Below, piece by piece: positions 40,129-49,659 of a stretch of 64,000 nucleotides of DNA (position 1 is its first letter; each line of letters starts with the position of its first letter). The stretch is from an uncultured Bacillota bacterium (lineage in GTDB: Bacteria; Bacillota; DTU025; MWDF01): contig CAWGMK010000007.1 in assembly GCA_963823655.1 (NCBI GenBank), forward strand, positions 22,831 through 86,830. Reading direction: 5' to 3'. The position numbers and the translations under genes are program-made. The notes beneath the pieces were generated by a model. It saw only the letters and a program-made list of their open reading frames with translations, was not told the origin of the DNA and did not search any database.

Positions 40129-41676
40129 TTGACCCATTTTAAGGAGGGGAAGCGACACATGAAGAGGATTTTGACAGTCTCGTTGTTTGTTCTGTTAGTT
40201 CTGGCAGCCTCAGTAACCGCTGCCAGCATCCCCGCCCAACCCAGCTGGTGGACCGGTCATAATGCAGCGTTGAAAGACTTGTATGTACAGCCCGGCTATC
40301 CGCCATATGAAGAGCATGCCCGCTATATCGGCGATCTCAAGGGAACCTGGTTTGAGATGGGCGTGCAGTACGGTGAAAGGGCCGGAGACCTCATCCGCCT
40401 TGTTTTCGAAGGCTATTATGATCAGATCTTCGCCTCCGTTAAGGACCAGGCGAGGATCATCAATGACTGCAGAGGCTTCGGAAAGTATTTGTCGCAGCTT
40501 GTACCTGAAGCTGTCGAGTTCATGCAGGGCATAGCAAAGGGCGCGTCGCCTGAGCTGGCGAAATCCCTTTATGCCTCAATTGGAGACGATTACGACAAGA
40601 TACTCATCATCAACCACTACTTCGCAGCCCGCAGAGTCTCCGGAACCCAGCATAAATGGGCCGGAACCGTAATGGATGGAGCCCCTATCCAGATAGCCGA
40701 AACCGAGGAAGATTATCCTGCTTGCAGCGGAGTAGTCGTAATCGGCAAGCTGGATGGACCTACCAAGGACAGGACTACCATCCACGGCGGCACAAGGGAC
40801 CAGGTGTTCTTCCCTCAGCTTTATGAGGTGACCTATACGCTGAGCCCTTCCGATCCTAACGCCAACCGCATCTGGACGATTGCGTCCGCAGGCGAAATCG
40901 GCGGTCAGATGGTCGGTAACGACAAGGGCGTAATAATCACCGGTTATGCAGGAGGAACTGCTAAGGGCCTATGGGCATACGGAATCGAGTGGAACATAGG
41001 CGACTGGTATGGTGCCTGCTTCGCCGATACAGCCCAGGAAGCAGCCGACATATTGACCAAAGGCCGCCCGGGCTTCATCGAGAAGACCGGTTCTAAGATG
41101 GTTCAGCCCGCATGGGGCATCAACTGGCTGATATCCGACCTTAAGGATGCCAAGGTTGTAGAGACTAACCCGGGAAGGTATGCCGTAAGGAGCATCGGAG
41201 ATCTCGGCGAGACGGACTTCCTGATTTGTACCAACCATTGCGCCGCCACATGGAGCTATGACGAGAACCATGTAAAATCAACCATACCGATGACCGAGTA
41301 TGGTCCGGAGACCGGCACATACAGCGGCTTGTCTGCGAGCGGCACCAGGTATTGGACTCAGTGGTGGAATGCCAAGTATAACTACGGAAAGATCGATAGG
41401 AACATGGTAATCGACTGGTACAGAGGACATTACTATATCAACAAGGATGGTATCCGCGTAGACAACATCTGGGACGCGACCTACGGATGGGTTCCTGCGA
41501 ACCTGAAGTCCACATCGGTCTGCCGTCATCAGAGCGGTTTCCCGGACACCATGAAGGGCACAACAGTTGACGCCAAAGTGGGCGTTGCACAGGATCTGGC
41601 ATTCTACTTCACCAAGGGCCGCGGCCATGACTGGGTAGGGCCGTGGGACCTTCTCAGCCTGAAGAACAGGCCATAA
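40129..41676 (+). CDS. secreted protein, possibly an Ntn-hydrolase (peptidase C45 / acyltransferase-like) with an internal Cys nucleophile
   Basis: Signal peptide MKRILTVSLFVLLVLAASVTAAS. DYPACSGVVVIGK resembles an autoprocessing site followed by a nucleophilic Cys. Confidence 0.35.
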   Translation: MTHFKEGKRHMKRILTVSLFVLLVLAASVTAASIPAQPSWWTGHNAALKDLYVQPGYPPYEEHARYIGDLKGTWFEMGVQYGERAGDLIRLVFEGYYDQIFASVKDQARIINDCRGFGKYLSQLVPEAVEFMQGIAKGASPELAKSLYASIGDDYDKILIINHYFAARRVSGTQHKWAGTVMDGAPIQIAETEEDYPACSGVVVIGKLDGPTKDRTTIHGGTRDQVFFPQLYEVTYTLSPSDPNANRIWTIASAGEIGGQMVGNDKGVIITGYAGGTAKGLWAYGIEWNIGDWYGACFADTAQEAADILTKGRPGFIEKTGSKMVQPAWGINWLISDLKDAKVVETNPGRYAVRSIGDLGETDFLICTNHCAATWSYDENHVKSTIPMTEYGPETGTYSGLSASGTRYWTQWWNAKYNYGKIDRNMVIDWYRGHYYINKDGIRVDNIWDATYGWVPANLKSTSVCRHQSGFPDTMKGTTVDAKVGVAQDLAFYFTKGRGHDWVGPWDLLSLKNRP

Positions 41677-41709
41677 TCGAACAAACTACAATACGGGGCG
41701 CTCCGCTAT

Positions 41710-42327
41710 TTGGGGCGCCCCAACCAGATACCAGCGCCGGAAGGAGGCGTTTCGTCTATGAAAGCCCAAAAGAAGCTGTTACTCATGCTTGCTTTATCTC
41801 TAGCGATCGCGATTGTAACAGGCGGTTTCACGGGAGCTGCCGTGACCATACCGAAATTCCCAAGCCCGATTCTCATTACCTGCACCGGCCAGACACCGGG
41901 CTCCCTCACGCTAAAGAGCTTTTTTGACGCTCTGGCGATAAAGGCGACCCATGATGAGCTGATTCTTCCATCGAAAATGGGAGGCTTCAAGACTCTTGTC
42001 ATAGTCATGGGCGCAAGCCTTAAGGGCCTGGGAGCTGCCGGAATAGATCAGGACGAGGAGATGGAAAGGGATACTATCGTAGTAAAGAAGGCCAAGGATA
42101 GCGGCATGAAGATCGTTGCTGCACATATCGAAGGAACGGCAAGAAGGAATGCCATCGCAGACAAATTTATAACGCCTTTCGTGCCCATGGCAGACTTCCT
42201 GCTCGTCCTTGAGGAGAGCAATCAGGACAAGCTCTTTACGCAACTATCGGAGAAATATAAGATACCTCTGCTGATATTCAAGGACTTTTCAGAGCTGCCT
42301 GCCATTTTGGAAAAGATGTTCAAGTAG
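41710..42327 (+). CDS. secreted protein or lipoprotein of unknown function
   Basis: Signal peptide MKAQKKLLLMLALSLAIAIVTG. Encoded immediately upstream of a polytopic permease. Confidence 0.35.
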   Translation: MGRPNQIPAPEGGVSSMKAQKKLLLMLALSLAIAIVTGGFTGAAVTIPKFPSPILITCTGQTPGSLTLKSFFDALAIKATHDELILPSKMGGFKTLVIVMGASLKGLGAAGIDQDEEMERDTIVVKKAKDSGMKIVAAHIEGTARRNAIADKFITPFVPMADFLLVLEESNQDKLFTQLSEKYKIPLLIFKDFSELPAILEKMFK

Positions 42328-42345
42328 CTTCTTTGTAATGCAACT

Positions 42346-43647
42346 TTGGAAGGGGTGGTGCAGTTGCCTGCCCATGTGATAATTGCAACGGCGGTAATGG
42401 TCCTTGCCTTTGCCGCCGGCTTAATTTTTCTTAAGAGATGGCCCATGGGGGCCTTGCTCATCATCGCTTCAGTCCTCTCTTCTATTGCCTCAGGTTTTGG
42501 ATTTTCATTAAGGCACGTAGTAGAGGGCATGTTCACTTATCTGAATATCATCCTGATATGTGCTACCGGGATAATTTTTCTAAAGTCGATAGAAGCATCG
42601 GGAGCCGCTGCCGCACTTACCCGCACACTGGTGGTCCGGCTATACAAGCAACGGGCGATCCTGATAATGGTAATAATGCTCCTTCTGCTCGTGCCCGGAG
42701 CTTTGACGGGGATTGCCGTAAATTCGGTGCTTAGCATCGGAGCCCTTGTCGCTCCGATAATGCTGGGAATGGGCATCCCGCCCGTAAGGACAGCCGTAAT
42801 AATCGGGACGGGGTCGATTCTCAGCATGCTGGTCCCTCCGACTAATCTCATCGCGATGTCCATCGCCGCGGGGATAAATGCTCCATTTGTAGGCTTTACG
42901 ATCCCTACGTTCCTCCTCTCGGTACCTTTCGCACTGATTGTAGGACTTGTGATGGGGCTTCCCTATATGAAGCGCGTGAAACTTGAGGATCTTGTAGGCT
43001 CATTGCCAAAAGTAGAGGTGAAAAATGTCCTTCTTTCTTGGGTGCCGTTCATCCTTGTAATAGGACTTATGGTACTTATAAGGGCTTTCCCGTCTACGGT
43101 GCCTGACATCGGGACTCCCCTCGTATTTATCATCGGTACCCTGGCAGCGGCCATTACCGGGAAAAGGTTCAACGTCCTCAAGCTCACAACCGACGCTCTG
43201 AGCGGCCCGATGCTAAATATCCTGGAACTGCTTCTTGGGGTCGGTGTTTTCGTTCAGATTGCAAGCCTTACCGGGATAAGGGGAATGCTGGTTACAGGCT
43301 CGCTAAGCCTTCCTAAGCTGTTGGCATATCCCGCAGCGGCGATAAGCCTCATCCTGGCGGGCGGTTTCCTGTCTCCGTTCGGTGCGGCATCGGTCTTTGC
43401 GGTGCCGTTTGCCCTGTTCTTCCTGGACAGGAACCAGATAATCACAATCGCCGCGCTCTCTTTGCTTTGCGCTTTGTCCCAGTTTATGCCCCCAACAGCC
43501 ATAGCCGGAAGGTTCTCGGCCGATGTTGCCGGAGTCAAGGACTATGGAAAGGTATGGCGGGCATCTCTCATTCCAACGGGTATCCTGGCCCTTGTCGCCC
43601 TTGCAGTAATCTTCTGGGCGGACAAAATTGCCAGGGTTATCCTTTAG
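42346..43647 (+). CDS. polytopic membrane permease (about 12 TM), transporter of unknown specificity
   Basis: 433 aa, hydrophobic throughout. Plausibly forms an operon with the upstream secreted protein and the downstream deacylase-like enzyme. Confidence 0.45.
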   Translation: MEGVVQLPAHVIIATAVMVLAFAAGLIFLKRWPMGALLIIASVLSSIASGFGFSLRHVVEGMFTYLNIILICATGIIFLKSIEASGAAAALTRTLVVRLYKQRAILIMVIMLLLLVPGALTGIAVNSVLSIGALVAPIMLGMGIPPVRTAVIIGTGSILSMLVPPTNLIAMSIAAGINAPFVGFTIPTFLLSVPFALIVGLVMGLPYMKRVKLEDLVGSLPKVEVKNVLLSWVPFILVIGLMVLIRAFPSTVPDIGTPLVFIIGTLAAAITGKRFNVLKLTTDALSGPMLNILELLLGVGVFVQIASLTGIRGMLVTGSLSLPKLLAYPAAAISLILAGGFLSPFGAASVFAVPFALFFLDRNQIITIAALSLLCALSQFMPPTAIAGRFSADVAGVKDYGKVWRASLIPTGILALVALAVIFWADKIARVIL

Positions 43648-43661
43648 GGAGGGGAAGTTTA

Positions 43662-43808
43662 ATGCTCAATATCGTTTACAGAATAATGCTTGGCGCAATA
43701 ACACTCGCTTTGATATGGAACACCATAAAGCTCAAGGAGCCGCGCAAGCAGTACATGTCGGCCTTGTTGATAATACCCTTTGTACTCAGGATAATTGGCG
43801 TTAAGTAA
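43662..43808 (+). CDS. small membrane protein (48 aa), tentative
   Basis: MLNIVYRIMLGAITLALIWNTIKLKEPRKQYMSALLIIPFVLRIIGVK. Preceded by GGGAGGGGAAG, a good RBS. Confidence 0.3.
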   Translation: MLNIVYRIMLGAITLALIWNTIKLKEPRKQYMSALLIIPFVLRIIGVK

Positions 43809-43817
43809 GGGGGCGGG

Positions 43818-44954
43818 GTGATGAATCAGAAACTGCGCACAGAGTATTTCGGCCTGCTGATGCTGGCGGCGGCCGTGATTGTTATTGTCCTTGTCACCCC
43901 TGCCTTCACAAGCATGTGGAAGCAGGATCTTATTGTGCCCGGGCCGGGCGTGACAAGGCAGACCAAGTTGTCAGAATATTTTCCCGATCTTGCAGGAACT
44001 CCGCTGGATACGGACATTTACATTTTGGAAGGCAAGGAGGCCGGCGGAACCACACTGGTGATGAGCGGGGTGCATTGCAATGAGCCCGGAGCCTACCTCA
44101 GCTCGATATTGATTACGGAATACGGCAGCGTCAGCAAGGGCCGGCTCATCGTTGTGCCCGCTACAAACTTAAGCGGCTTCACTTGTTCGGACCCCGGAGA
44201 GGGAGCGCCTCAGAGATTTACTATAGAGACTCCTAACGGCCCCAGGACTTTCAAATATGGATCCCGAGCCATAAATCCGATACATTCCTGGCCCGATCCG
44301 GAGGTATTCGTGCATTATCCATCAGGTCAGAGGCTGTCCGGCGAAGAGACAAGGAATATTAACCGGGCATTCCCGGGAAAACCGGATGGAACTGCGGCCG
44401 AAAAGGTCTGTTACGGGATTACACAGATTATCGAGAAAGAAGGAGTGGATCTCGTAATAGACTTGCATGAAGCGATGCCTGAGTACCCGAATATCAATGT
44501 GATTGTGGCCCACCAGAAGGCATTGAGCCTGGCAGCCATGGCCCAGATGAAGATGCTTATAGCGGGAATCCAGATTTCATTAAGTCCCTCGCCCGTCAAT
44601 TTTCACGGGCTATCCCACAGAGAATTGGGCGACAGCACAAGCGCCCTCTCTGTCCTTATGGAGGCGCCGCACCTTGCCTTCGGAAGGCTGAGATCGGAGA
44701 CTACCTCCGATCTGATACTTACCGGCAAGGATCCTTTCTATATAATCGGCGCCAAGCTCGGCAGGCTATTCGTGCCGTATACCGAAGCTGGCTGGCCAAT
44801 TGAGGTCAGGGTGGCAAGGCATGTGACAGGGATTAAGAGCCTTGTTGAGGCATTGGGAACAACGAAACCGGGCAAGGATTTGATAGTGGAGTGGCCCACA
44901 TATAAGGAAATCATAGCAAACGGAGTCGGGGCATATCTAAGCGCCCCAATCTAG
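43818..44954 (+). CDS. succinylglutamate desuccinylase/aspartoacylase (AstE/AspA) family zinc hydrolase-like protein, membrane-anchored
   Basis: N-terminal TM segment. MSGVHCNEPGA corresponds to the GxHGNE zinc-binding motif of the AstE/AspA/M14-like fold. Confidence 0.6.
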   Translation: MMNQKLRTEYFGLLMLAAAVIVIVLVTPAFTSMWKQDLIVPGPGVTRQTKLSEYFPDLAGTPLDTDIYILEGKEAGGTTLVMSGVHCNEPGAYLSSILITEYGSVSKGRLIVVPATNLSGFTCSDPGEGAPQRFTIETPNGPRTFKYGSRAINPIHSWPDPEVFVHYPSGQRLSGEETRNINRAFPGKPDGTAAEKVCYGITQIIEKEGVDLVIDLHEAMPEYPNINVIVAHQKALSLAAMAQMKMLIAGIQISLSPSPVNFHGLSHRELGDSTSALSVLMEAPHLAFGRLRSETTSDLILTGKDPFYIIGAKLGRLFVPYTEAGWPIEVRVARHVTGIKSLVEALGTTKPGKDLIVEWPTYKEIIANGVGAYLSAPI

Positions 44955-44989
44955 CCATATAGCTGACTATCCCTCACCTCAAACAAGCA

Positions 44990-45029
44990 AAAAGCAGAGG
45001 CCAGATGCAATTTCTGGCCTCTGCTTTTT
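44990..45029. terminator. bidirectional Rho-independent terminator between convergent genes
   Basis: AAAAGCAGAGGCCAGATGCAATTTCTGGCCTCTGCTTTTT: 12 bp stem flanked by an A-run and a T-run. Confidence 0.65.
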
Positions 45030-45042
45030 AATTGAACGTAGA

Positions 45043-45762
45043 TCAATATTCGGAAGGGCCCGTGATGCTAACGAAGTCGATGAGGTCCATCGGAGTGAGT
45101 ATCCCCAGCGGCCTTTCGTAATCCTTTCCGGTTTCGGTAATCATCAGGGCCGGATATCCCTCATCATACTGCTGAAAATAGGCAAGCGCCTCATAGACTG
45201 TCGCATCCTTGGATATGTAGCATTTCTGCTTGCAACTTGCCGGCATGAGCTCGTCAACGCTCACGGATCCGGCAGGAGGCATTGAACCCTCGGCGTGCCT
45301 CTCCAGCCATTTTGCCGTATCCTCCCTGCGAAGGAAGAAGTACCTGCCGCCTTTTTCCACAACGACCTGTGAGAAATCATTCTGGAGCATGTGCCTCAAA
45401 GCCTTGCTCAGAGGATCCCTACTGTTGAATACCGCCGGCAATGTGGGGCTTTTCCGATCGTATACCGTCATGGGCCTGGCTAATGCCTCGAATATCTCGG
45501 AGAGCCTGTCGATTATGTCCTCACGGGGATCAGCCAGCGGTTTCCCGTCCCTGTAATTCTCATGCGTGACAACATTCCTAAGCCTGTTTATGACTTCAAG
45601 GTCGTCGTCATAGCGCCTGATTACGTACTTTACGCGCCTGTCGTTGGCCAGGATGTTCTTCTTCTCGATGAAGCTTACCTTCGTCCCGTCCAGCAGATAC
45701 TCGAAATAGTGGTCAAGCTTGTTGAATTCCTCTATGAAACGTTCCGCGTTAGCCAAGAGCAT
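45043..45762 (-). CDS. HEPN-like (Rx4H motif) N-terminal domain fused to a CBS-like C-terminal domain; 15 nt downstream of dnaB on the same strand
   Basis: INRLRNVVTHEN contains R-x4-H (RNVVTH). The C-terminus ...VYEALAYFQQYDEGYPALMITETGKDYERPLGILTPMDLIDFV is CBS-like. Assignment is by motif only. Confidence 0.4.
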   Translation of the reverse strand: MLLANAERFIEEFNKLDHYFEYLLDGTKVSFIEKKNILANDRRVKYVIRRYDDDLEVINRLRNVVTHENYRDGKPLADPREDIIDRLSEIFEALARPMTVYDRKSPTLPAVFNSRDPLSKALRHMLQNDFSQVVVEKGGRYFFLRREDTAKWLERHAEGSMPPAGSVSVDELMPASCKQKCYISKDATVYEALAYFQQYDEGYPALMITETGKDYERPLGILTPMDLIDFVSITGPSEY

Positions 45763-45776
45763 CCCTCCAAGAGGCT

Positions 45777-47147
45777 TTATGATTCAACCGGCCCCTCAGC
45801 CAAGTTCTCATACTTCGTATATTCCTTCTTCCAGAAGAGGTTGAATTCGCCGATCGGGCCATTCCTCTGCTTGGCGATTATGATCTTGACTATCCTCGCC
45901 TTGGAAGGGTCCTTTTTCAGGACGTTCGCATCATCTTCCCTGTGGATGAACATCACCACGTCTGCGGTCTGCTCGATTTCGCCCGACTCCTTCAGATGAG
46001 ACAGCCTTGGAAGTTTATCCGCCGATGATTCAACCGACCTGGATAGCTGCGCAAGGCATAGGACAGGGACTTCCATCTCCCTTGCGATGGATTTAAGGTC
46101 CCTTGTAATCTCAGCCACTTCCTGCTGGCGGTTTTCGATCCTGCCCCTGCCGGAGATGAGCTGCAGGTAATCTATGATTATCAAGGAGAGCTTGTTCTCG
46201 GCCTTAAGCCTTCTAGCCCTTGCCCTGATATCAAGCGTCGTCATGTTGGACGTATCGTCTATGAAAATGGGCGCCCTGGAGAGAAGCCCGACCGTATCGC
46301 TCAGCTTGTACCAGTCGCCCTCCATCAGAAGGCCCTTCCTGAGCTTCTGGCCATCAATCTCCGCCCTTGCGCTTATCATTCTCTGCGCGAGCTGCTCTGC
46401 CGCCATTTCAAGTGAGCAGATGAAGACCGGTTTGCCCCCGTCAACCGCGACATTTTCGGCGATATTCAAGGCGAGCGCGGTCTTACCGACCGACGGGCGC
46501 GCCGCGATGATTATAAGCTCTGAGTTCTGGAACCCGGACAGGAAATCGTCCATCTTGATGAAACCCGTCTCAAGCCCTGTGAGTCGCCCCTTTTCGCCAT
46601 ATATCTTTTCTATTTGCTGATACGTGGCGTCCATGACCGTGCGCATGTCCTTTATGTCGCCGGTCCTCTGCCTTTTAGCGAGGCTCAGCACCATCTGCTC
46701 CGCCTTGTCCAGGGATTCTTCTACTCCCAAGGATTCGGTAAAGCCGATGCCGGTGATGTCCATGCCGGCCTTGACCAGGCTGCGCATGACGGACTTGGCC
46801 TTCACGATATTGGCGTAGTTGGAGGCGTTGGCGGGCGTGGGGACGGTGTTGGCCAGATGGGATATATAGGAGGCGCCGCCTACAGAATCGAGCTTGCCGG
46901 CATTGCGGAGCATCTCCGTGACCGTAACAAGGTCGACAGGCTCGCCCCTGTCGAAGAGGTCCTTTATGGCTGTGAAGAGGTAGCGGTGGTTCTCGTGGTA
47001 GAAGTCCGCGGCCTCGAGCTTGTCGACTACCTTATCTATGGCCTCCCTGTCGAGCAGCATTGCCCCCAGGGCCGATTGCTCGGCCTGGATGTTCTGCGGA
47101 GGCACCCTGTCGTAAAGGTTCTTGTCGTCGTTCGCCAAAGGACTCAT
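45777..47147 (-). CDS. dnaB: replicative DNA helicase
   Basis: Walker A GARPSVGKTALALNIAENVA, IIIDYLQLI and an RecA-like C-terminal domain, 456 aa. Confidence 0.9.
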   Translation of the reverse strand: MSPLANDDKNLYDRVPPQNIQAEQSALGAMLLDREAIDKVVDKLEAADFYHENHRYLFTAIKDLFDRGEPVDLVTVTEMLRNAGKLDSVGGASYISHLANTVPTPANASNYANIVKAKSVMRSLVKAGMDITGIGFTESLGVEESLDKAEQMVLSLAKRQRTGDIKDMRTVMDATYQQIEKIYGEKGRLTGLETGFIKMDDFLSGFQNSELIIIAARPSVGKTALALNIAENVAVDGGKPVFICSLEMAAEQLAQRMISARAEIDGQKLRKGLLMEGDWYKLSDTVGLLSRAPIFIDDTSNMTTLDIRARARRLKAENKLSLIIIDYLQLISGRGRIENRQQEVAEITRDLKSIAREMEVPVLCLAQLSRSVESSADKLPRLSHLKESGEIEQTADVVMFIHREDDANVLKKDPSKARIVKIIIAKQRNGPIGEFNLFWKKEYTKYENLAEGPVES

Positions 47148-49102
47148 CTCCCGTCGTCGGATTCTATGCCGCCCTCCGTCAGCTTATAGCCGGCGAAGGC
47201 GTGATCGAAGCATTCCCTGACGTCGTCCACAGGTACTATCGTTATGCCGGTGATGTCTGACGGCACGTCCTTGATATTCCCCTTGGGTATCAGCACCTTG
47301 CGGATCCCGGCCTGCTTGGCCCCGTAGATCTTCTCGAAGATGCCGCCTACTTCCTTGACCTTGCCCTGGATGGAGATCTCGCCCGTCACGGCCACATCCT
47401 GCATGATCTTAATGCCTTTCGCCGCGCTGAGCATAGCCAGCAGTATCGCAGCGCCCGCGGAAGGCCCTTCGATGTTGCCCCCGCCCACTACGTTTACATG
47501 CACGTCGTATTTGTAAAGCTCCTCGCCCGTAATCGAGCGGAAGACGGCGCCCGCGTTGAAGACCGAGTCCTTGGCCATGGAGCCGGCCGTCTCGTTGAAC
47601 CTTATCGCGCCCTTGTCATCCTTCCTGATGAATGCCACGGCCTCGATTTCTATCACCGAGCCCAGGAAGCCCGATACGCCAAGTCCGAATATCTTTCCGA
47701 CCTCAGGGGTGTTGGACGCCCTGATGTGCACGTACGGTGCCATCCTGCCCGCCCTGATGGCCTCCTCCAGATGAAGCTTCGTGATGAGCACGTCTTTGCT
47801 TCCGCCGGTCTCATAAAGCGCGAAAGAGTATGCGTCAATAAGAAGGCTTGTGGCCTTCCTGCCCTCGATAGTGTAGTCGGATATCATCTCCGGCACCCCG
47901 GCTTCGATGCTCACGCCAAGCCGAGTTGCCGCATTCGATGCGATCTTCTGCACATCGTGCTGGGTCAAAGGCTCGAAGAATACTTCGGCGCAGCGGCTTC
48001 TCAGCGCCGGGGAAAGGTACTCCGGCTCCCTTGTCGTGGCTCCGATTAGCATGAAGTCCGCGGGGGCTCCCTTTTCGAACAGCCTTCTTATGTACTCAGG
48101 GACGCTCTTGTCCTCAGGGTCATAGTAGGAAGACTCGAAGGCCACCCTCTTGTCCTCCATCACCTTAAGCAGCTTGTTCAGGAGTATCGGGTCCATCTCG
48201 CCTATCTCGTCAATGAACAGCACTCCGCCGTGGGCCTCTGATACGAGCCCCAGCTTCGGCTCAGGCACGCCGCCTTCGGCCAGGTCGCGTTTCGCCCCCT
48301 GGTAGATGGGGTCATGCACGCTGCCCATCAAAGGGTTGACTATGTCGCGCGGGTCCCAGCGCAGGGTTGTTCCGTCCACTTCGACGAACCTTGCGTCTGT
48401 CCCGAAGGGTGTATACTTCGCCTTCTTGGCCTCCTCCAGGACGAGCCTGGCTGCCGACGTCTTGCCGACGCCGGGAGGACCATAGAGGATCACATGCTGG
48501 GGAAACGGGCTCGATATCTTCGCCATAAGGGCCTTTATCGCCCGATCCTGGCCTATTATCTGTGCCAGCTCGGAGGGCTTCACAGCCTCCATGGCGGAGG
48601 TGATGAGCTTCCTGTCCTCAAGCTCCTTCAAATTCTCAAGCTTCTTCTGTGTTTCCGCGGTCTCCGGGCCGGCTTCAGATGTAAGCAGCTGCTTCTTGAC
48701 GTCCTTTACGTACTCCTCGTGCTTCTGCTGGAGCTTGTCCGTGACCTTGCGCTCTATGCTGTCATCAAGCCTTTTCCTTGCTATCATCTCGGCCACTTCG
48801 TCCTCGAGGTCCTCCATGGCGGAGGGAAGCTCGTCGAAGTTGGGGGCTACAGTGATAGTGGGGTCCAGGAACACTATGCGCTGCAGGGCCATGACCTTTT
48901 CGGCCAGGTCCTCCGAGCGCATGAGCGTAAGGGACTCAAGCTTGCCTGCCTTCAGGATGAGGCGGTCGGCCCCCATCAGGTCTGACAGCATGGACATCAT
49001 TGAAGAGACCCTAAGGGCCATTTCCTCTATTGCGCCGGGATGCTCCCACCACAGAAGCTCGCCGGTTTTCGGTTTTTCATCGTTCTTCTTGAAAAGTCCC
49101 AT
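47144..49102 (-). CDS. Lon-family ATP-dependent protease (LonB/LonC-like) between rplI and dnaB
   Basis: AAA+ Walker A ILYGPPGVGKTS. C-terminal Lon protease domain with catalytic GPSAG and a downstream Lys (TGEISIQGKVKEVGG). Confidence 0.8.
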   Translation of the reverse strand: MGLFKKNDEKPKTGELLWWEHPGAIEEMALRVSSMMSMLSDLMGADRLILKAGKLESLTLMRSEDLAEKVMALQRIVFLDPTITVAPNFDELPSAMEDLEDEVAEMIARKRLDDSIERKVTDKLQQKHEEYVKDVKKQLLTSEAGPETAETQKKLENLKELEDRKLITSAMEAVKPSELAQIIGQDRAIKALMAKISSPFPQHVILYGPPGVGKTSAARLVLEEAKKAKYTPFGTDARFVEVDGTTLRWDPRDIVNPLMGSVHDPIYQGAKRDLAEGGVPEPKLGLVSEAHGGVLFIDEIGEMDPILLNKLLKVMEDKRVAFESSYYDPEDKSVPEYIRRLFEKGAPADFMLIGATTREPEYLSPALRSRCAEVFFEPLTQHDVQKIASNAATRLGVSIEAGVPEMISDYTIEGRKATSLLIDAYSFALYETGGSKDVLITKLHLEEAIRAGRMAPYVHIRASNTPEVGKIFGLGVSGFLGSVIEIEAVAFIRKDDKGAIRFNETAGSMAKDSVFNAGAVFRSITGEELYKYDVHVNVVGGGNIEGPSAGAAILLAMLSAAKGIKIMQDVAVTGEISIQGKVKEVGGIFEKIYGAKQAGIRKVLIPKGNIKDVPSDITGITIVPVDDVRECFDHAFAGYKLTEGGIESDDGR

Positions 49103-49109
49103 CAGGCAT

Positions 49110-49583
49110 CTACTCCAAAGGCTGTATGGTAAGTCTTAACTTCGAGGCTATTCCGGACATCAGCCAAATCTCCGCCTCGTAATCGCCTACTGTCTTTATG
49201 TGCTCGGGCATCTCTATCTTCTTCTTGTCGATCTCAAGGTTCAAAAGCTCCTTGAGGGCCTTTGATACGTCCGCCGACGTTACGGTGCCGTAAAGCCTGC
49301 CGCCCTCGCCGCACTTTACGCGAAGCGTAATGCCGCTTTCCTTGAGCTGGCGGGCAAGCTGCCTTGCCTGCTGCTCCTCGCGCTCGTGCCTGTTCTGGGC
49401 CGAGATCTTTATATCCTCGACCTTTTTGAGCTCGGCTGCTGTGGCCTCTATCCCCAGCTTCCTGGGGAAGAGGTAATTTCTCGCATACCCGTCGGCAACC
49501 TCGATTACCTGGCCCTTCTTGCCGATGGCCTTAATGTCCTGCAAAAGTATGACTTTCATCCAGAGCCCGCCGCGGATTCCCAA
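49110..49583 (-). CDS. rplI: 50S ribosomal protein L9 (true start probably MKVILLQD at about 49559)
   Basis: [32 protein letters not shown] is the conserved L9 N-terminus. Confidence 0.85.
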   Translation of the reverse strand: MGIRGGLWMKVILLQDIKAIGKKGQVIEVADGYARNYLFPRKLGIEATAAELKKVEDIKISAQNRHEREEQQARQLARQLKESGITLRVKCGEGGRLYGTVTSADVSKALKELLNLEIDKKKIEMPEHIKTVGDYEAEIWLMSGIASKLRLTIQPLE

Positions 49584-49659
49584 AGGAACACTTCCTGCGG
49601 CTCCCTCCTTTTTCTGTAGTCCTTATTATTTCCCCTCGGGCGGGCAGTTTTCCTTCGCC

